DNA of 64,000 nt from Eledone cirrhosa (Eukaryota), in the NCBI GenBank assembly GCA_964016885.1, contig OZ024747.1:58218001-58282000 (forward strand), written 5' to 3'. The translations under genes were made by a program, and so were the position numbers. Of the stretch, positions 59,821 through 64,000 are shown one piece after another (the first letter of the stretch is position 1; each line of letters starts with the position of its first letter). The notes under the pieces were generated by a model that was given only the letters and a program-made list of their open reading frames with translations, searched no databases and had not been told where the DNA came from.

Positions 59821-60886
59821 ATAGAAATAATGAAGTGTGGTAATCTGGAAGCAATAAATGTGTGTTTATGACAGCAATTTCTATTTTAGAACATATAGTC
59901 ATTGTGGTAAAAGGCAGCAGCTATGACCTCTTTTAATTCCTCTTTTGTTTTCAAGAACGTGTAGTCTAGTTGGCTGAAGGAACATTTCCTCACACCTTGG
60001 CCTTAATGTATTTTATAAAGAATATGTGAAAGACCCAACGAATATCCAGGTCGTGATCTTTAACCCTGCACAAAATTAAATCAACCATTAACGAATTTAG
60101 AGCAAAAATTAATTCGAAAAATAATCCGATGTTCAAAGACATCCGCCATACAATCGCCATTACACTGATATATATATTTCATTGACCCAGAAATAATGTA
60201 GCGCTGGATAAGTGTTACGACGCTTTGTAATCTGAGACTAAATCCAGCTGAGGTTCACACCACCATTCATTCTTTTAGGGTCAATAAATAAAAAGTACCA
60301 CCCGGTTCCGTTGTGGCCCTTCCTAAATCCAGCTGTCACATCCAAAATTGTCACAGGATCAACGATTAGAGGATGATGCGTGTCCCTGTGTTAAGTCGCG
60401 ACTGAATGTGCTCCTAAAAGCCTTATTGAAAACATGACACATACTGCGAATGACGCCCGTAGTTTATCGAAGGCGGTTAGATTTTGTTCAGATGTATAGA
60501 GCAATATTATTTGGCATGATATAAGACTCGCGTGATCGGGGTTTAGTTTAATCTTGACTTTAAGATTGTTTACCGTTGTAATGTTCGTTCAGGCTGTCAA
60601 ACCAAAGCCAAGTATGCATAAATATATAATTATTCATTCCCTGATGGCGTCAGCTGTGTTGGTGCTCCGTTTGTTCTAAATCATCAGACAGATATCTCTG
60701 TAGAAAAACCTCACTAATAAATTAAAACATTAACACATTAACGCCATTAAGGTGTAAATAAAAGGAACGAACGCATAATTTCCTCTTGCACAAACAATTA
60801 TTTCTTAGGGATTGCAAACTTGAAACTCATGAAACTCATGATACACAGAAAATGACACTTGAATTCAACATTCATGTCTACGCTAC

Positions 60887-61066
60887 TGGATTGGCAGTAT
60901 CGGTAGAGGCTCGGACTCCATGCTTTGAAGTATAGAGTTACCAGCCTGTATGATCTGAGTTCAAATCCCGCCGAGGTTAACTTTGCCTTTCATCCTTATG
61001 GGGTCGATAAAATAAAGTACCAGTAATGCACCGGGTAATTGCTGGCCATCTACCAAAAGTAGAAAC

Positions 61067-61116
<50 letters not shown>

Positions 61117-61300
61117 ATAACCATGGGCGGTGAAGTGGCAGTATCGGTAGAGAGTCGGACGCCATGCTTTCCAGCATAGTTACGTCCCTCTACGGTCTGA
61201 GTTCAAATCCCACCGAGGTTCACTTTTCCTTTCATCCTTATGGGGTCGATAAAGTAATGTACCGGTAATTGCTGGCCTTGTGCCAATAGTAGAAACAATT
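60887..61300 (+). mobile_element. Two tandem family-1 SINEs with (TA)n tails (60887-61070 and 61124-61300)
   Basis: Match the consensus. Confidence 0.9.
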
Positions 61301-61406
61301 ATATATATATATGTATATATATATATTATATATACACTTACACACATATATGCATACACACATAAATATATATACATATGCACATATTATATATATATTA
61401 TATATG

Positions 61407-61457
<51 letters not shown>

Positions 61458-63028
61458 ATATATATATGCACATAAACAAAACATGTGCATATCTATATGC
61501 ATATAAGTGGCAGTATATATGTACCTATGTGCATGCATGTATATGAAATAAGGTGTGTTATAGTGTCTATTTGGAAGAGTTATATATATATATGATATAT
61601 ATATATTTAGATTTACAACTAGTATATAAATATGTATATTATATATATATATATATGTTTGTGTATGTGTGTTTATGTATGTTTACTTGTGTTTGTCAAT
61701 GTATATATGCGTGTGCTTTCTTGTATGAATGTTTACTTATGTGCGCGTGTATGTATATGTGAATTTATTTTTACCATATAACTTATGTAAATATGTAAAT
61801 GTATGAAATTAGTTACTTGAATGTTTGAGCTTAGAAATGTGATGGATGTGAAGTAATGTACAGAAATGTGTAGAAATGTGGAAAACGTTGATTTTGTTAT
61901 CTGAATTCAAAGAGAAAAATAGAAAAAAGGAGAAATAGAGAAATGCAAAGAACAAGACATCACTAATTGCAATCAGTGGAACTGAAATGAAGTCTGCTTA
62001 CCATTACCATATGTCAAACTATACTTCGAATAAAGCAAATTCTATTTTCCAGAAATCGAACATTGCCTATACAATAAAACAAAACACGAATGCCAGTTCT
62101 TATTTAAATTCTACTTCATTACGTATTCGCAAAAGGAAATTACCCAATTACAGAAGTTGGTCTGAATGTAACTATTCAAATGTGATTTCAGTTAGGATTT
62201 AGCAACCATCTTGTAGCTTGGTGGTATTTGGGGAACAGACGAATAGAAATGCTTGTGAATAACTGTGGTGCAGTTGAATAAAAGGGGCAAATTTAATTAG
62301 GACATTTTTGCCTTAGACTATTTTAATATTCTAAAGTACATGACATTTACATAACAATTAAAGCACTCTTCAAAATAGAATTTACTTCTTACGAGATTTC
62401 GTAAATCTGTCGGAAATTGCAGGAGAGAGGGAATGAAACAATCAATAATGATAGTTCACCTAATTAATACAATCTGATTTTATTCGCAAATATTCAATCA
62501 CACAATCACACACACACACACACACAGAGAGATAGACATATTAAACACACACATGTATTCCTCCAAAGAATCACAAACACGCACACATAAATCACACACA
62601 CATAGAATCAATCAAACGTAATCATATATTTGTATTCAAACATTAACTAACGTATTCAATCACACATATATAGAGGGGCAATGAATAACAAGCACATACA
62701 CATACACAATACTATAACAATGTGCTCAACTCTTATGTTAATTCATTAGTGATATTTCGTGTAACTGTCTGCTAGTTTTCATGTCCTATTCAATGTAACT
62801 ATTTCAAATACCTTATTGTAAAATGTTAACACGACATATTTCTAATGATGCATAATAAGGGATTTGCTATTAGCTAATGCAAATATAATCGAATGAAATT
62901 TTAACATTCGAGATTTTCGGTAACTTCAAGTTTCAATGCAGGCCGTAAAGATACCTACGAAAACGGAGTATGTTTGAAGTTTTCGAATATTCCCTCCGCT
63001 CGCTCTCTCACTATAGATACATGCACAC

Positions 63029-63068
<40 letters not shown>

Positions 63069-63253
63069 GCATGCCCACACACACACACGCACACACACAC
63101 ACACACAGACACCCCCCCCCCCCACACACACACACACATTCAGAGCGGTATAACACGCCTATCTTAATGATTAGTCAGATAAACCACAGGCAAGTACAAT
63201 CTATTAGTATATATCTCTACTCTCCTTTGAGAATTGATCTCATAGTTCTACAT

Positions 63254-63311
<58 letters not shown>

Positions 63312-63709
63312 AGGTAATAGTCGGTACAGTATTTGGAAGGAATATATTAGGTTAACGCTTGAAATAGCGTTCCGCTTGAAATAGCGTTCCGCTTGAAATA
63401 GCGTTCCGGACGCTAGTTCTTCAGCAGAAGAAAGATAGAAATAAAATGGATAGAAAGGACGTGTGGTGTGTATGGTGTAATTGGAAAAAATGTATTTTAT
63501 ATATATATATATATATCTTTAAGCGATCGACTTTCGTCAAATCGGACCGAGGAAACAATGTTTCCGTTGGTCTTTCCAATTGCTAATACTATCTATCGGT
63601 CGCAACGCCAGGTAGAAGGAGCAACGTGAAATAAAGTGTCTTGCTCAAGGACATAACGCATCGCCTGGTCCAGGAATCGAACTCACCACTTCAGCCACAC
63701 GCCTTCACA

Positions 63710-63777
<68 letters not shown>

Positions 63778-63873
63778 ATGAAATGACAGGAGGCTGGATT
63801 TGTGTAAATCCTAGAAAGGTTTATTATACTATGATCATTTCAATGACCATTATATATATATATTTCAATGACC

Positions 63874-63925
<52 letters not shown>

Positions 63926-64000
63926 GGAAAAATTTGAACAGGGACAAAACAGAGAGGCAGTACAACGAATGTTTATTAATTTCACGCTCTGGAGAGTGGG

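Overview
AT-rich, microsatellite-dense animal DNA, intronic or intergenic. The SINE types and (TA)n load suggest a cephalopod such as Octopus; this is inference. Almost all ORFs in the supplied track are translated microsatellites. Real content: (1) three degenerate Penelope-like retroelements (PLEs): two RT+GIY-YIG copies with inverted segments at 12371-14766 and 33334-36408, and a Naiad-like GIY-YIG 3' fragment at ~7050-8448; (2) a decayed Helitron at 25194-~29370; (3) RTE, CR1/L2 and R4-type LINE fragments; (4) about 20 tRNA-derived SINEs; (5) a 37-bp minisatellite; (6) one candidate host exon. The main unannotated signal is about 19 minimal type-I hammerhead ribozyme (HHR) motifs read by eye (CUGANGA...GAAA-palindrome-UH closed by helix I). 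Several are degenerate, and they fall into roughly 8-10 unrelated sequence families. Most lie in short non-coding elements wedged between (TA)n tracts. They include a perfect 151-bp-arm palindrome with a ribozyme on each strand (36462-36781) and a retrozyme-like unit with two 290-bp HHR-containing direct repeats 1284 bp apart (47634-49334). I interpret this as a PLE-mobilised, (TA)n-targeted population of non-autonomous ribozyme retroelements. All folds were checked by eye, not computed, and no activity is shown.
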